Of a stretch of DNA of 64,000 nt, positions 11,465 to 24,493 are shown in pieces. How positions within the stretch are numbered: position 1 is the first letter of the stretch; the number at the start of each line of letters is the position of its first letter. The position numbers and the translations under genes were made by a program. A model generated the notes under the pieces. The model was not told where the DNA came from, did no database searches, and was given only the letters and a program-made list of their open reading frames with translations. Location: assembly GCA_964106915.2 (NCBI GenBank), contig OZ066928.1; one strand, given 5' to 3'. This stretch comes from Podarcis gaigeae (Eukaryota).

Positions 11465-12112
11465 TGCACCATCTTTGTTTGCTGGCCGCCTCCTTTGGCT
11501 GCCATGGAGGCCCATGGGTTCCTGCCAAATGGGCCAATCTTTGGAGGCCCTGGGGTGGGGGGCTTAGCATGGCAAGCAGACCTGGGGGAGGTGGTCTTCC
11601 CTCAGGTCTGCCCACCATCAATTTAACTCAGCCACCCCACCCCCCGAGTGCAGCACCCAGTCACCCAGGGGTGTCACCCACCCTTCCCACCCCTTCATTA
11701 ATAGCTGATTACTGCTCTAACCGTTTCTTTTCAGCTAGCCAGGTTTTGCTGTGGTCTTTTGACGGTTGCCACATTCAGAGCCAGGAAGAAATCTCCCCGG
11801 CTCTGCAGGTTTCTCCTTCCGCATAGCACTAGTCACAACTTTGGAGGTTTAGGCCCTGGGTGGAATCCTATAATCTTCCATCCCATTGGGGTGGCAGTGA
11901 AGTGGTGATTCACCCATCCCCTGTTCTTCACAGTGGTGGTAACAGTACCATTAGAGGGCTTTGGAGGGAAGTCTCTGACCAAAGAGCCTGTTGCGTAGGG
12001 ATAGAGGGCCACAGAGCTTCCCTCAGCGTTTGGGGGCCCATCTGCATAAGCCTGTGTTTTGTGATGGATCCACCCCCAAATAGACCCTGTTGTATCTCAG
12101 ACCCCCTCCAGT

Positions 12113-12153
<41 letters not shown>

Positions 12154-12284
12154 TGCCCAATACTTCCTCCATCTGAAATCAATAAAGTTGTGGCCATTTC
12201 AAATCTCAGACAGTTGTCGTGTCCATTCATTCATCTCTAGCAGTCTGGCACGCTGGGCAGGGGACTCTGCAGCTGGGCACGCAA
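11465..12284 (+). mobile_element. Putative Ngaro/DIRS-type repeat, copy B (left end uncertain)
   Basis: Shares the C-rich box, structured core (11747-11842), AATAAAGTTGTGGCC (12181-12195) and terminal CGCAA with copies A and C. Left end inferred from CAAT at 11462-11465 and from size. Confidence 0.5.
12113..12152. repeat. (TG)n(AG)n compound microsatellite
   Basis: Direct inspection. Confidence 0.9.
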
Positions 12285-14569
12285 TACTTGGGCACTTTCT
12301 GGAGCCAATGCATCCCAGAATGGGTATCAGTCCTCCCAACATTCCCGCCTCCCGCCTCCCATGGCACTGCTAGTGCTGCTGCATCTGCCAGACCTGCCTA
12401 TCACCCTCCAGTGAGTTTATGGGATGAGGCTGATATTCCTTGAAAGAGAGCCAATCTTGCAACAATTGAACCTTAAAGCATTCACAAGCTGCATAAGCTG
12501 ATCAGGTTTTGTGCGACTGCTAGCAATATTTAGCAGTATAGATTTTTGCAGCAGGGGAAAAAAAAAGAACCTAATGCCTTATTTTTGAATCAGGCCATTA
12601 TAATATGCTACTTTGCTCATTGTGAGATCTGTTATGCTGCTGAAATATGCAAGCCTATTTATATAGCTCTCTTCCCTACTGCCTGACCTGATTGTTTGTG
12701 TGGTGCTAAATGGTACTATGAGATGTACAAAGAAAACGGAGGTCATTCTGAACTGCACAAGTTTTATTTAGTCTTATCTCTCATCCTCAATTCCTCATAC
12801 ATTAACACCAAGTTTTAATTTGTTTGTCATACAGAAGATGAAGCAATGCTGACACCTTTTCCTTGGAGGTCAAGCTCCAAGACTTATAGCAAATTATACA
12901 GAAAAGTGAAGTATACAAACTATACAGGCATGTGACACTTGTCAGCATAAACCAAGACAATAAACAAATCAATTGACATCACTTGTAGGGTTACAATAAG
13001 TTTTGTAAGGAGAACTATATGAATTATTGCAAAAGAGGACTAAGAAGGAGTTTATGTAGGATTTGGATTTTACAGCAATAACTATTAAAATAAAATGCAA
13101 AATTAGAAAGGAAGATAGAAAACCATCAGTCGAGGTTGATGGAAATCCTAGGCTGTGATAGCCAAAGGTCTGTTATGTTGTTTAAAATGGGATGTTATGC
13201 TTGAAAAACATGCTAAAAAAACAAAAAAAATTATATTAAACAAAAAGCAATGTGGGTTGTTGAATGAGTAAACTTTGAAAGAAGTCAAACAAGAAAGGAT
13301 GAGGGGCAAAATACTAACTCTCTGTTACACCTCCTATCCCACTTTCTTTGGGCTTTTTTCAAGAACACGTGAGTGAGTCATCAGATTCATGACAATCGCA
13401 GTTTATCATATAAATGTAGAGTCTCTTTTCATGGAGATCAAAGAAAGATAAAAGCTGCAAGGCAAGACACAAATTATAATACCCCCGGGGGCATGCAAAT
13501 CAATATTTGATGGTGGGCAATGATTAGCAGCAGCAGTACTGCAAATAGCAATACTGTATACATTATGCAAGCAGCGTTCACAGTGCTATTAGGAGAATCA
13601 GAAACAATGTCAGTATCATCGCAAACTCAAAGCTTGGGCTGAGGTGACATGGGCTTTATGAAATGTGAGCCACAATGGACCAAGTTTGCATAAGTACATG
13701 GGTAAAAAAACAAACAAACAGGTACAGAATAGCAAACCTCATCCCTAGAGCCAAGGATCTGTTCAGTTCTGACTGGTGCAGGGCAGACACCATGTTAGAT
13801 TTTGTATTCACTGCCAGTAGCAACCCCTGTTACAGATGTTCCCAGCATTGCATTATAGGAAACTTAACATTTCACCTGTCCTGCACCAATTGGGCCAAGC
13901 TGTTAAATCAGGAAATGACCTATCAAGACAATGAGAATTTGCTCTAGTTTAGACAATCTACAACTGTGTCAGTTCCTCCATCCTCTCTTCCCAAGCACTC
14001 CATTATGTTTCCCACTCAGTTTTCAGTCTTGCCTCCCCAACCCACTCATGGGCACTAAGCATATTCAGTCTTCAGTAAGCTGTTATGGGGAGTGCTGTAA
14101 ATCATGGGGTTTGTACTTCTACAGACAGTGGGGTTCCCCTGAGTCTGCTGATAACTTTCTCTTGTGCAGTTGCTGCTGTTTTGACTATAGTAGCACACTT
14201 CCCCTGGCTGCGTACACACGTTTTATTCTAGAATCAATAGAAACTAAGTACTTGTTTTTTTCTACATGCTCTTTTCATTTATTTATTTTTTGCTGCTGAA
14301 AAGTGCTTCTTTAGAAATTGGTTTCATTCCCAAAATAAGAACATCTCAGATTGATTCTGCATTAGCTTGCAGTGTGTCCATTTGAAAGCATGAAAGCAGA
14401 TGTAAGCAGTCCTGGCAACGGTTGTATGTGTGCATCCCTATCTGTCCAATGACTTTGTGGATGGGTATATTCCAAGATCACAACCACCACGTCCTTCTTG
14501 TTGGAGAGAGGTTTGGAAGAAAGATCCTTACTCTCTCGCAGCTGAGTTAGCACAATAGCAATCACTTCA

Positions 14570-15050
14570 ACCACATTAAAACTTAGTTAGATTTACCTCT
14601 GCCCTCATCCACCTTTAAACAAACGTGACCCATGGAAATACATAGATTAGAATAAATCACAGACACTTAGCTTTGTAAATAAGTTAAGATTTTACTCAGA
14701 GTTCCAGAAATTACAGCAAATATGTCTCCATCCATTGGTAGCAAAATTGTGATGAAAAAGGGTTCCAAATGACTTAAAAATATAATAACATTATTTCCTA
14801 ACAAAAGAATCACACAATCTTTACATGAGACAAGATTCAGGCTGTAAAAATTTCAATTTAAAGTGTCTTTTCAATCACAGGTAGCATTTCCTGAGCTGGG
14901 AGCCAAAGCCACATGGTTCCTTGTTCCACAAAGCAGCAGAGAGAGAAAGAGAGTGAAGAAGCAAAGGCTGCTGGGAGTCTGTTAAGCTACACCCAGTGGG
15001 AACTTGAACTCAGGGCTCAGGTTAACCCTTTCATGCATGCAAGTGTGAAT
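14570..15050 (-). mobile_element. Possible solo LTR remnant
   Basis: aataaatcacagacac...taagttaagattttactcag...ggttaaccctttc layout resembles the reverse strand of a vertebrate LTR; no TG..CA ends or TSD verified. Confidence 0.3.
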
Positions 15051-15087
15051 TAGGAACTGTATATTATAGCACTTGCTTCATCTAGGG

Positions 15088-15223
15088 TAGGGTTTCACAA
15101 AATTGGGTCTCCAGTTGTTTTTGGACTACAACTCCCATCATCCCTAGATAGCAGGGATAGTGGTCAGGGGTGATGGAAATTGTAGTCCAACAACAGCTGG
15201 AGACCCAAGTTTGGGAAACCCTA
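15088..15223. mobile_element. Palindromic hAT MITE
   Basis: Long imperfect inverted repeat tagggtttc...ttgggtctccag / ctggagacccaa...gaaacccta; perfect 8-bp TSD atctaggg (15080-15087, 15224-15231). Confidence 0.85.
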
Positions 15224-15341
15224 ATCTAGGGTATGTGCAGGGAGGAATAGTTGTGGATAATATAATCAATGGGAAGGTTTTAAAATGCTTAACAAATAAC
15301 CACACCCACTCTTGGGGATGGCAGTATCTAGATTCAATCTT

Positions 15342-15510
15342 CCATATTTTTTGCTCTATAACACGCACCCGACCATAACACGCACGTAGTTTTTAGAGGA
15401 GGAAAATCTGTAGGCATGCCACCCGTAGGCATTCCCTCCATAAAACGCACAAACATTTCACCTTACTTTCTAGGAGGAAAAAAGTGAGTGTTATGGTGCA
15501 AAAAATACGG
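15342..15510. mobile_element. Tc1/mariner (pogo-like) MITE
   Basis: TIRs ccatattttttgc / gcaaaaaatacgg followed by TA; near-identical to 24494-24662. Confidence 0.8.
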
Positions 15511-17141
15511 TATATTGCAAACAACATGTTGAGGATGAGCATGAATGATTCCAGACTGAGAAAAACTACATTTTTGTTCTACAGGTGGCTTGGTGTATAC
15601 CCAGCTCCCAAAGATAGGAAATAGAATATAAGATATGATTATCAGGATGTAAATATTTTCTTAACACTTTTTAATCTTTTCTCTCTTTCTAGCCAGTAAT
15701 GGTGTGCAGTGACGAACATTCTTTAATAAGTTGAACACAAAGTTTTCCGACAGTTTTGCTGGGTGGAAATTTAGAATTGTATCTTGAGGCCCGTTTTCAT
15801 TTTCAAAAGCGATGTGTGTTAACTCTCCCCACTGCACCCGACTGACAGCTCCTTTCACCGTAAGGCAAATGAAGATTATTGTTTCCAAATATGGGTGGAG
15901 ATGCTCCTTAAGGAGTTTCACTTTTGCGTCTGTCCGGAGGCTTAAGAGAGTTTTTCAGAACAGAAGAGCTTTTAAGCCCATAAGCCTAATTGACATGTTA
16001 TGTAGCTTTAATACGTTTGAATGTTGGGAGCGTGTAACTAAATTTGGAATATACTTTGACTGCTAATCAGCATCAAGAAAAGGTTATCCAGTCATGCTCT
16101 GGGTAAAGTTCAAGGCTGCAAGGACTTTTAGTTACTCGGGTCCATTCAGCAGAACCATATGGATCAGAGTCTTAACTTGTCATTAACATGTTTACATCAA
16201 TGGTTGTATACATAGTTTGTATACCCTTGGGCTATCAGCATGATTCCTCACGACATGTCATTAATTTGCTGTCTAATTTAGAGACCTCTGACTTCAGACC
16301 TGGAAGGCTTTCACAATTATCTAAGCTTCATTAAAACTGCCATAAAAAGGCCCATTGTCCATCTGACACCTTCCACTCTTTCTATTGTTGCACGCCACTC
16401 CAGTCTCTGAATGGTGTGAGATTCCAGGGGTTACCCAGGGTTTGCGTTTCCTTTGGAAATGAGGCACAGCAGAGACTGTGGTATCTTTATGATATATATA
16501 GTTTATTTACACATACATACAACCCAGGCTATGATGGAAGGGTTCAAAGCATTAATGTGCCAAAAGGTTCTTACTTCTCCCATAGCTGTAGCCTTGGGTC
16601 CAAGCAGACTCCAGCCATACCTCCGTCACTCTGCAGCTTGCTTTGTTTAACAGACTTGCTTTGTTTAACTATTTTCCTCTAGCCCTCATCATCTACAACT
16701 GCAATTCTAAACTTTACACTTTGTTTTTGTCTCTGCTAACTATCTCAAGACTCAAGGTTGGGGCTCCATCCATTTACCAGCTGGCACAGATTCTTTGCTT
16801 TGCTGATAGCCCATCTCCCTGTCTTTGTTCTCTGTTAATGGCCCGTCTCTCAAGTGATCTGCTGATTGTGAGAAACTGGCTTGGCCTGTATTTTAACACT
16901 TTGACAAATCCAGTGTCTGGCAGACAATTTTAACACTTCAAGCATTGATTAAATTCTAACACCCATCAGACCCAGAAATTTAGGGGAACCTGTCACTGAC
17001 AAACCCTGTCACCCACAACTTATAACAATGTTTGTGTGTGCGTGTGCAGGTCTACACACGCAAAGCTAATTCATGCAAAAAAGGCTTGGGCTGGCCTTGG
17101 CTGCAAAATATGACCATAGGAAGCACAATTTAATTTTCCAG

Positions 17142-17487
17142 TATAATGGTGGCTAAGAGACTGATGCTGATGAATTGGAAGAATAGAAATATGATTCCCC
17201 TTAATCAATGGCTTGACAGCATGACAATATTAGCAACATACGAATGGATCATGTATAGATGCAGACTTTGTTTCGATAATATAATGATATTTGGAATGAC
17301 CTTATAAAGAATACATGAGGTTATTGATTAAAAAAAATGCATTTGGATAATAAGACGATACACATTTGTATAATAATGTCTGGAAGTGTAACTGAGTATT
17401 TTTCTTTTTCTTTTCATTCATGTCCCCCCCCCCTTTCACCACTTTTTAATAAATGAAATTCTTCTAATAAAATATCTATTAAAAAAA
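17142..17487 (+). mobile_element. 5'-truncated L1 (ORF2 C-terminus, 3' UTR, A tail)
   Basis: From 17146: MVAKRLMLMNWKNRNMIPLNQWLDSMTILATYE, the AK...WK...P...W...E pattern of L1/Tx1 ORF2 ends; AATAAA and A run; imperfect TSD ttaattttc(c/t)ag at 17130-17141 and 17488-17499. Confidence 0.7.
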
Positions 17488-17750
17488 TTAATTTTCTAGG
17501 ATGTACGTGAGAGAGACAGCAATGTGTTCATAAACTCATTATTGTGAGTATCTAACATGAATAATGACAGGACACTACCGATGAACATGTGTCTGTTCAA
17601 AGAAGGAGATAATATTGAGTAGAACAACAATACGTCCAGACATTACCAGAATTACTGGAATTGATGTCCGGGGGGAAGCTCAACAATTTTTGGGGTTTCC
17701 TAAAAAAAGCTGTTCTGGTTTTTACTTTTTGAAATATAGCAACCCTAATG

Positions 17751-17796
17751 TGGTCACGAAGAGTCAGACACGACTAAACGACTAAACGACAACAAT
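17751..17796 (+). mobile_element. BovB 3' terminal fragment
   Basis: ggtcacgaagagtcagacacgactaaacgactaaacgacaacaa, the BovB 3' stem-loop and tail. Confidence 0.7.
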
Positions 17797-18567
17797 GTTG
17801 AGTGGCTTACATACACATTACAGATGGGGAAGTTGGGTAGGGATACGTTTCCTTGGAAACAGTATCTCATAGGAATATGGGAAGTAGCCTCATTATACTG
17901 AGGTGAAATCTACACACGTTAAAAAAAAAGCGCTGTGAAAATGCTTAAACTTTTTAAAATAATATATTGAATTTGCCATTAGCTCACCATTGCCATCTAG
18001 TGCCACATTTATATAATGCACTTAAAATGTTTTATTTGCAGCTGTCTAGCTGAGTCTTGATTCAGACCACTGAGCCATCTAGCTTCTAAAGTATGCTGTG
18101 CAATAGGGAACAAAAGCCATGTGAGCGTCCCACTTCCCCCATGCTCAAGCATACCTGGCTTTGTTTTCTGCTGGTTTCACTCAGCGATCCAAGAATACCA
18201 TTCAGAAGGTTGTTCCACCTGGTCAACAAGACCTTTTAAAAACAGCTTTGCTTTGCTTTGGAGAATAAGACTTTAAACCTCTTTGAGGCTGAGGTTTTTG
18301 CGCTCTCCGTTCTCTATCCACACTGAATGAATTGTAACAATTTAATAAAATATTTACGGTCTATGGTAAATACAGTATATATAATTTATTTTGCATTATA
18401 AAAACTCCTTCAGTCATCTCTAAAAATGCATGAATTGTATAGTTACATAAATATTCCAAATGACAAATGTATAAATATTTCAAAAGTCGATATAAATGTT
18501 TAAAGCAGGGAGGACAGTGGGCCAAGGAGTCCTCATTTCTATCTGCAGAGCTGCCAACAGATATAGA

Positions 18568-18745
18568 GCAGGGCCATAGCTCAGTGGTACAGCATTTGTC
18601 TTGCGTATAGAAGGTCACAGGTTCAATCCTTACCATTTCCAGGTAAGGACGGGAAAGACCCCTGTCTGAAATCCTTGGGAGCCACTGCCAGTCTGTGCAG
18701 ACAGTATTGAGCTAGATGGACTAATGTTGTGACTCAGGATAAGGG
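18568..18745 (+). mobile_element. Squam3-like tRNA SINE
   Basis: gggccatagctcagtggtacagca...aggttcaatcc...gccactgccagtctgtgcagacagtattgagctagatgga. Confidence 0.8.
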
Positions 18746-19157
18746 GTGGTGGTGAGGGGAGATTGGAACTGATTCTAGGAAGATTGGTATAACTATGTTG
18801 GTTTCCAATACTTACACTGAAGAAGATAGTTCAAAAGTGAGGCACTGAGTTGTCTTGCAACTGCATTTTAAGTTGCTGTTTTCTCACATTTATGTAAAAG
18901 TACAATTCTGAGTTTCCTTAGATAGGCGCAGTACTCCCGTGTTAGCACCAGAGTCCAGCAGTGACCAAGACACCAAGACAGTGTCTCACTGACTAAGAAG
19001 CCAAGCTGCATTCCTGGCTCTGAGCTTGGTGGTCAGGGGAACCTCTGAGCCAGATCTCATAGCAGCAGGGCCCATAGCCTTTGGGCTGAGGAACTGAGGG
19101 CCTCTCACAATACCTCACCAGTCTGAGGGCAGAGGGTGCACACTAGGTGGGAATAAT

Positions 19158-19640
19158 AGAATCATAGAATTGTGGAGTTGGCTGGGACCCTGAAGGTCAT
19201 GTAGTCCAATCCCCTGCAATGCTGGAGTCTCAACAAAAGTAACCAAGACAGATGGCCATTCAGCCTCTGCTTTAAAACCTCCAGTGAAGGAGAGTCTACA
19301 ACCTAGACCTTCTACCATCAAACAGCTCTTACTGTTGGAAAGTTCTTCCTGATGTTTAGTTAGAATTCCTTTCTTGTAACTTGGATCCATTGCTTTGGGT
19401 CCTAGCCTCCAGTGCTAGAGAAAACAAGGCTTGGGCCAGCCCTGATTACAAAATATGACCATAAGAAGCAAAATTTAATTTCTTCCATGTGACAACCCCT
19501 TAGATATTTGAAGATGGCTATCATATCTCCTCTCAGTCTCTGCTTTCCCAGACTAAACATACCCAACTTCTTCAACTGTTTCTCACGGGGCTTAGTTTCC
19601 TTTAGCATCTTGAATGCTTTCCTCTGTGCACGTTGCAACA
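19158..19640 (-). mobile_element. CR1 LINE 3' fragment
   Basis: ORF 19402-19641 LQRAQRKAFKM...LGMFSLGKQRLRGDMIAIFKYLRGCHMEE is the CR1 RT C-terminus; tail (attctatg)n on the minus strand at 19158-19170. Confidence 0.85.
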
Positions 19641-19888
19641 TGAAACAACTTCAGATGAACATTAGACGTGCCAAATGATTGAAGTCTTTGTCTGAGCCCC
19701 TGAAACAGTGATAGGGAATCTGTTCAGCCTGGCCAACCAGCCTGGCCAGTGTTCAGGGTTGTAGTCCAGAGGGCCATAGGGTTACTAAAGTGCTGCTGCC
19801 ATAACAGAGTTGACAAGACTGGATTGGGTGGGCAAATATTCAGACACAGTATAAAGCAGTTTCTTTAGCTTTTATTTGCATGCAAGTA

Positions 19889-20410
19889 TAGTGGACGCTT
19901 GGGTTGCGAACATGATCTGTGTGGGAGGCACGTTCGCAACCCGCAGTGTTCGCAACCTGCAGAACCACGTCTGCACATGCACAGATTGCGATTCAGTGCT
20001 TCTGTGCATGCGCAAAGTGTGATTTAGCGCTTCTGCGCATGTGTGACCGCTGAAACCCAGAAGTACCGTATTTTTTGCTCTATAAGACTCACTTTTTCCC
20101 TCCTAAAAAGTAAGGGGAAATGTGTGTGCGTCTTATGGAGCGAATGCAGGCTGCGCAGCTATCCCAGAAGTCAGAACAGCAAGAGGGATTGCTGCTTTCG
20201 CTGCGCAGTGATCCCTCTTGCTGTTCTGGCTTCTGAAATTCAGAATATATTTTTTCTTGTTTTCCTCCTCCAAAAACTACATGCGTCTTGTGGTCTGGTG
20301 CGTCTTATAGAGCGAAAAATACGGTAACCTGTTCTGGTATTTCCAGGTTTTGGCGCATCCTTAACCCAAAAAAATGCAACCTGAAGCATCTGTAACCCAA
20401 GGTATGACTG
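19889..20410. mobile_element. Mariner-type MITE (family of 2731-2975, opposite orientation) with nested insertion
   Basis: Reverse-complement similarity to 2731-2975; TA on both flanks; split by 20066-20324. Confidence 0.75.
20066..20324. mobile_element. Pogo/Tigger-like MITE nested in a MITE
   Basis: TIRs ccgtattttttgctctataagac / gtcttatagagcgaaaaatacgg; TA TSD at 20064-20065 and 20325-20326. Confidence 0.85.
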
Positions 20411-21819
20411 TATCTTAGTCGTGACTGGACGGTAACTGTCAGTGGTCCTTTACCTTTACCTTAGGTTCTCTTTGCACTTTCATGTCTAGATGCATCCCTA
20501 TCACATCTAAGTCACCTCCCTACTCAAGAGTTGATTGCCATGAGCTTCTGATTGGCTAAAGCTGTGCACGTAAGAGTTTGGATTGAAGCATTCTGTGTCG
20601 TGATAGCATCAGCATGGTGCTTCATTGAAGGATAAAATGCTTCTTTAGCCCTCTCTGTTCCTCTTGTTGCATTTTTGTTCTTATCTTGCACTTATTAGGG
20701 TCCTCCCCAAACCGTTGTACTTCCTGCTAAGTGTTTGAGAAAGCAATGCAGTCATCAATCACTGCAGGGAGTGAGGGAAGCATCCTTGCCAAGTGTGTGC
20801 AGGGGGAAAAGGCTTTGTAAGACTCCTTGTAGAATTGCTGTACATCAGGAAAAAAAGAGAAAATCCTTCCCTAACAGAAAAAGCTGAGCCAAATGACCCC
20901 AGAGGTGATTTCTAGCTTTCTCTGCTACCAATCAATTCCTTTTTTCTTTTTGTTTCTTGGAGAGCTATCAATAAATGACCTTCGTTGCAAAATGAAAAGC
21001 AGACAGAGGGACCAGGAGAGTTGCCCACAGTCAGGTCTACCCACCTGGATCATTTTGTAAAAGGGAAAAAAATGCCCCATCCAATAAATGTCATTGCCCT
21101 GGTGCTGGAAAACATTTCACACTTGCAAAAGCAGCTCCTCCAAACAACTCAATTTACCCTACGGGGTGCTAAAGCTTAGGAAATATAAATTGTAAAGGAG
21201 AAAACCCCAGGCTTGCTTTCATAAAAGAATGCATACTGTAGAATTTATGAATGCTACCTGCAGAACAGAGGTAGCTCTGACTGCTATGTATTATTGATTT
21301 ATTATTAATATCCTTCAGATCTAAGCCCAAATCCCTCCCCCCCCCCACATACACAATTTTCTTGCCCCATTTGTGAAATGGGGGGTGCAGTCTGGTGGCA
21401 TGCCCCATTACCTTTAGGCAAACCCTGTGAGGACCATCTGGAAAAAATGCTGGCACTGGACTCTGTGGAGCCCTACTTTAAAGGTTTGGTTTTAAGCTTT
21501 TGCACAGTCCTTAGGCAGAGTGCAGCCAGGGACTGTAGAGTGCAGCAGAGGGTCAGGAAGGCCAAGGATACAGCAATGAGGTTTCTTAGCATCTTCTTAT
21601 GGGCTTCCCAAAGGCATCTGGCTGGATGCCGTGAGAATGGGATGTCAGACTACAAAAGGCCCCTGGCCTGATCCAGCAGACCTTTCTAATGTTCTTAATA
21701 TGGAACATCCCTTCGCCACTCCAGTTAGTTGTAGCGACTCTTCTACTGGGAACCTCTTGCTGCTGGACAGAGCCAGAGTGAAGGAAAATTATTGAGTAAA
21801 TAAGCAGCTATCTTCTCTT

Positions 21820-21940
21820 TAAAAGACATCTGAAGGCAGCCCTGTTTAGAGAAGTTTTTAATATTTAATGCTGTACACGATTGGAAGCCACCCAGAGTGG
21901 CTGGGGAAACTCAGCCAGATGGGTGGGGTATAAATAATAA

Positions 21941-21989
<49 letters not shown>
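21820..21989 (+). mobile_element. L2-type 3' end with (TTA)n tail
   Basis: ggaagccacccagagtggctggggaaactcagccagatgggtggggtataaataataaa followed by about 16 TTA units. Confidence 0.75.
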
Positions 21990-21990
<1 letters not shown>

Positions 21991-22016
21991 GTGACAAAAA
22001 AATCTCCTCAGGCAAA

Positions 22017-22176
22017 GGCTGCATACAAATTCAAAGGACATTTAGTTCACATGACATCCCAAAAGATTCCTGGGAATGTAGTTTGTTAAGGGCACTGGGA
22101 ATTGTAGCTCTCTGAGGGGTTCCCAGCATTCTTTGAGGGAAGCAATATGCTTTTAATATGTGGTATGTATGCAGCC
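22017..22176. mobile_element. PIF/Harbinger-like MITE
   Basis: 11-bp TIR ggctgcataca / tgtatgcagcc; 3-bp flanks aaa/aaa; related remnants at 4370-4510 and 46070-46190. Confidence 0.6.
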
Positions 22177-24228
22177 AAAGTCTCAAACTAAGCAATAAAC
22201 CTTTTATATACAGTACCATCCTGTTGAGCACAGACTATGTGGGTGGGTGAAGTCTCTTCAGCACTAGATATAAACTCTGTTTTCTGCCCCACCATGTATC
22301 TCTGTTCTCAACTCTCGTTATGGAAATAAAACCTCATCATTCCTCATATAGACCCAGATTTAGACGAACACAGGAAGTGGGGCTGATTTATAAAGCTTTG
22401 TGCTTCTTAATAAACTTGTCAACTCATCAGGAAAAAAGAGAGGGAAAGCAATATATTTTAGGTGAACAATCTGAGCAGCTTGAGCAGTCAATAGTTAGAT
22501 AGAGTTATAATGAACCATAGGTTGAGTTATGTTTGCAGTGGATATTTGGAATAGTTTTGAATAATGATCAAGCTCAAAAAACACGAGTCTGATTAATGTC
22601 TGTGGGCAGGTGTAATTTGTTTAGTCTTGGTCTATAAATTCCATATTTGTAGTAGATTGGGGGGTGGCTTCTTCTTCTAGCCACTGTAATCACCTGGATA
22701 AGATGGAAGAAATTTGGGTTTGACAGGTTGACCCATGCAGCATCTGTGGGAAACTTTGAACTTATCCCCCCCCCCCATTACCCTGTATTACATGATATTC
22801 TAGTCCTCGAGGTTTTGGAGCCCCTCCCACTTTCTGGCCTTAAAAATGTTTCCCCACCCCATTTTAGACAATGCACAGGAGATGCCCCCCAGTGTAACCC
22901 ACCCTTGACATCTTCCCTTGTGGGGGTCAAGACAGGAATTTCTATGCAAAAGGAAATGTATTTATAGTGATGATTTTCATGAAATAAGAAAGAATAAACA
23001 ATTTGCCCCCACCCCAAGTGCAGAAATATGGGTAGCACTTGAAAACGTTATTTTGCTGAGTGCCATTAAATATAAGTGGGAATTTCAATGCTGGGTGTAA
23101 ATTATTATTATTATTTGCCCAGGTGTGCTGACGCACGTTTATGAGATCTAGCAATTTAGCACTCTGTAGCATTTTATCACTTAAGCTCTGAATGGTATAA
23201 TAAAACAACAACAACCACATGCCTTTCCCCATCAAAACCTCTAGGTATTCATTGCCCTGTTATTGGAGCAAGGTCTCGTGTGACTAATTGCAGTGCAGTG
23301 GGATGGCTGGTCCATGAAACTGGTTTAGTCATGAGAGCAGCCCTTTGCCAACTGGGATGAAGATGGAAAAAAAACAGAGTTAGCCATGGATGAACCCATT
23401 CTTCCAAATATGCAGGTGCCGTTCCTCCCAAATGTCAGCAAAGTATTACATTTGCAAAATAAGATAGCAGCAAAAATGGCTTCTGATATGGAAAGGACAT
23501 TTGAGTACTTACTGTGGAAGTGTTTTTTTTTTGGTGTGTATGTGAATGAGGCATCTATTCATGAATGTGTTATGTTTGCCTTTTGCCCAGGAGAGCCAAG
23601 GGACCACCAGATCAGCTTTTGTAAGCTATTTCCTTCCTGCTGATCATTCCACAGTTTCCATTCGTGGCCAGGCCACTAGACAAAGATCTTAGGAAATCTT
23701 TTTTACCGAGGGTTTAAGGGTGAAAGGACACAGAAAAGTGTAAAAGTAAAAATGATAACACTTGCAGGTAGGGATGTTGGGAGAATTCAGATGAAAACAG
23801 AAATGGTAACAGCAATTGCCAATGTTTCCTTATTTGCACCATGTCCAGGATGAAAATCAATCTAGTGAAGATGATCAGTATTCACTGTTGTCATTCCCGT
23901 GCCTCAGGCCACAAATGATGCATAATTGATTGTGTTTCCTTTCATTTGCATTGCATTTCCTTTGCATTGAAATGAATGGAGTGGGATAACATGCTGTCAA
24001 GGTAATTTCCACAATTAATTAATTAATTAATTGAGTTACATAATCTTGCCACAGTGGGCATCGAGATGCAGTGAAATAGAAACAGTACTGCATGAGATGA
24101 ATACAGGATGAAGTGGAAGATGATGCCTTTTGCATTCCTGCTTGGGGATAATGTTGCTGTTGTATCAAAAGGCTGTCCCTGATTTTTGGTTGTCTGTCAT
24201 CACAGATACTGTATATGTCCATGTGTGA

Positions 24229-24470
24229 AGAAGAAGAAGAGTTTGGATTTGATATCCCGCTCTATCACTACCCTAAGGAGTCTCAAAGCGGCTAGCATTC
24301 TCCTTTCCCTTCCTCCCCCACAACAAACACTCTGTGAGGTGAGTGGGGCTGAGAGACTTCAGAGAAGTGTGACTAGCCCAAGGTCACCCAGCAGCTGCAT
24401 GTGGAGGAGCAGGGAATCGAACCCGGTTCACCAGATTACGAGACTACTGCTCTTAACCACTACACCACAC
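24229..24470 (-). mobile_element. Squam2-like (CORE/MIR-related) tRNA SINE
   Basis: Minus strand starts gtgtggtgtagtggttaagagc (A box), has ggttcgattccc (B box), a ttgggctagtcac core and a (CTT)n tail. Confidence 0.75.
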
Positions 24471-24493
24471 TTGCTCCCAAAGCAACCAGAGTA

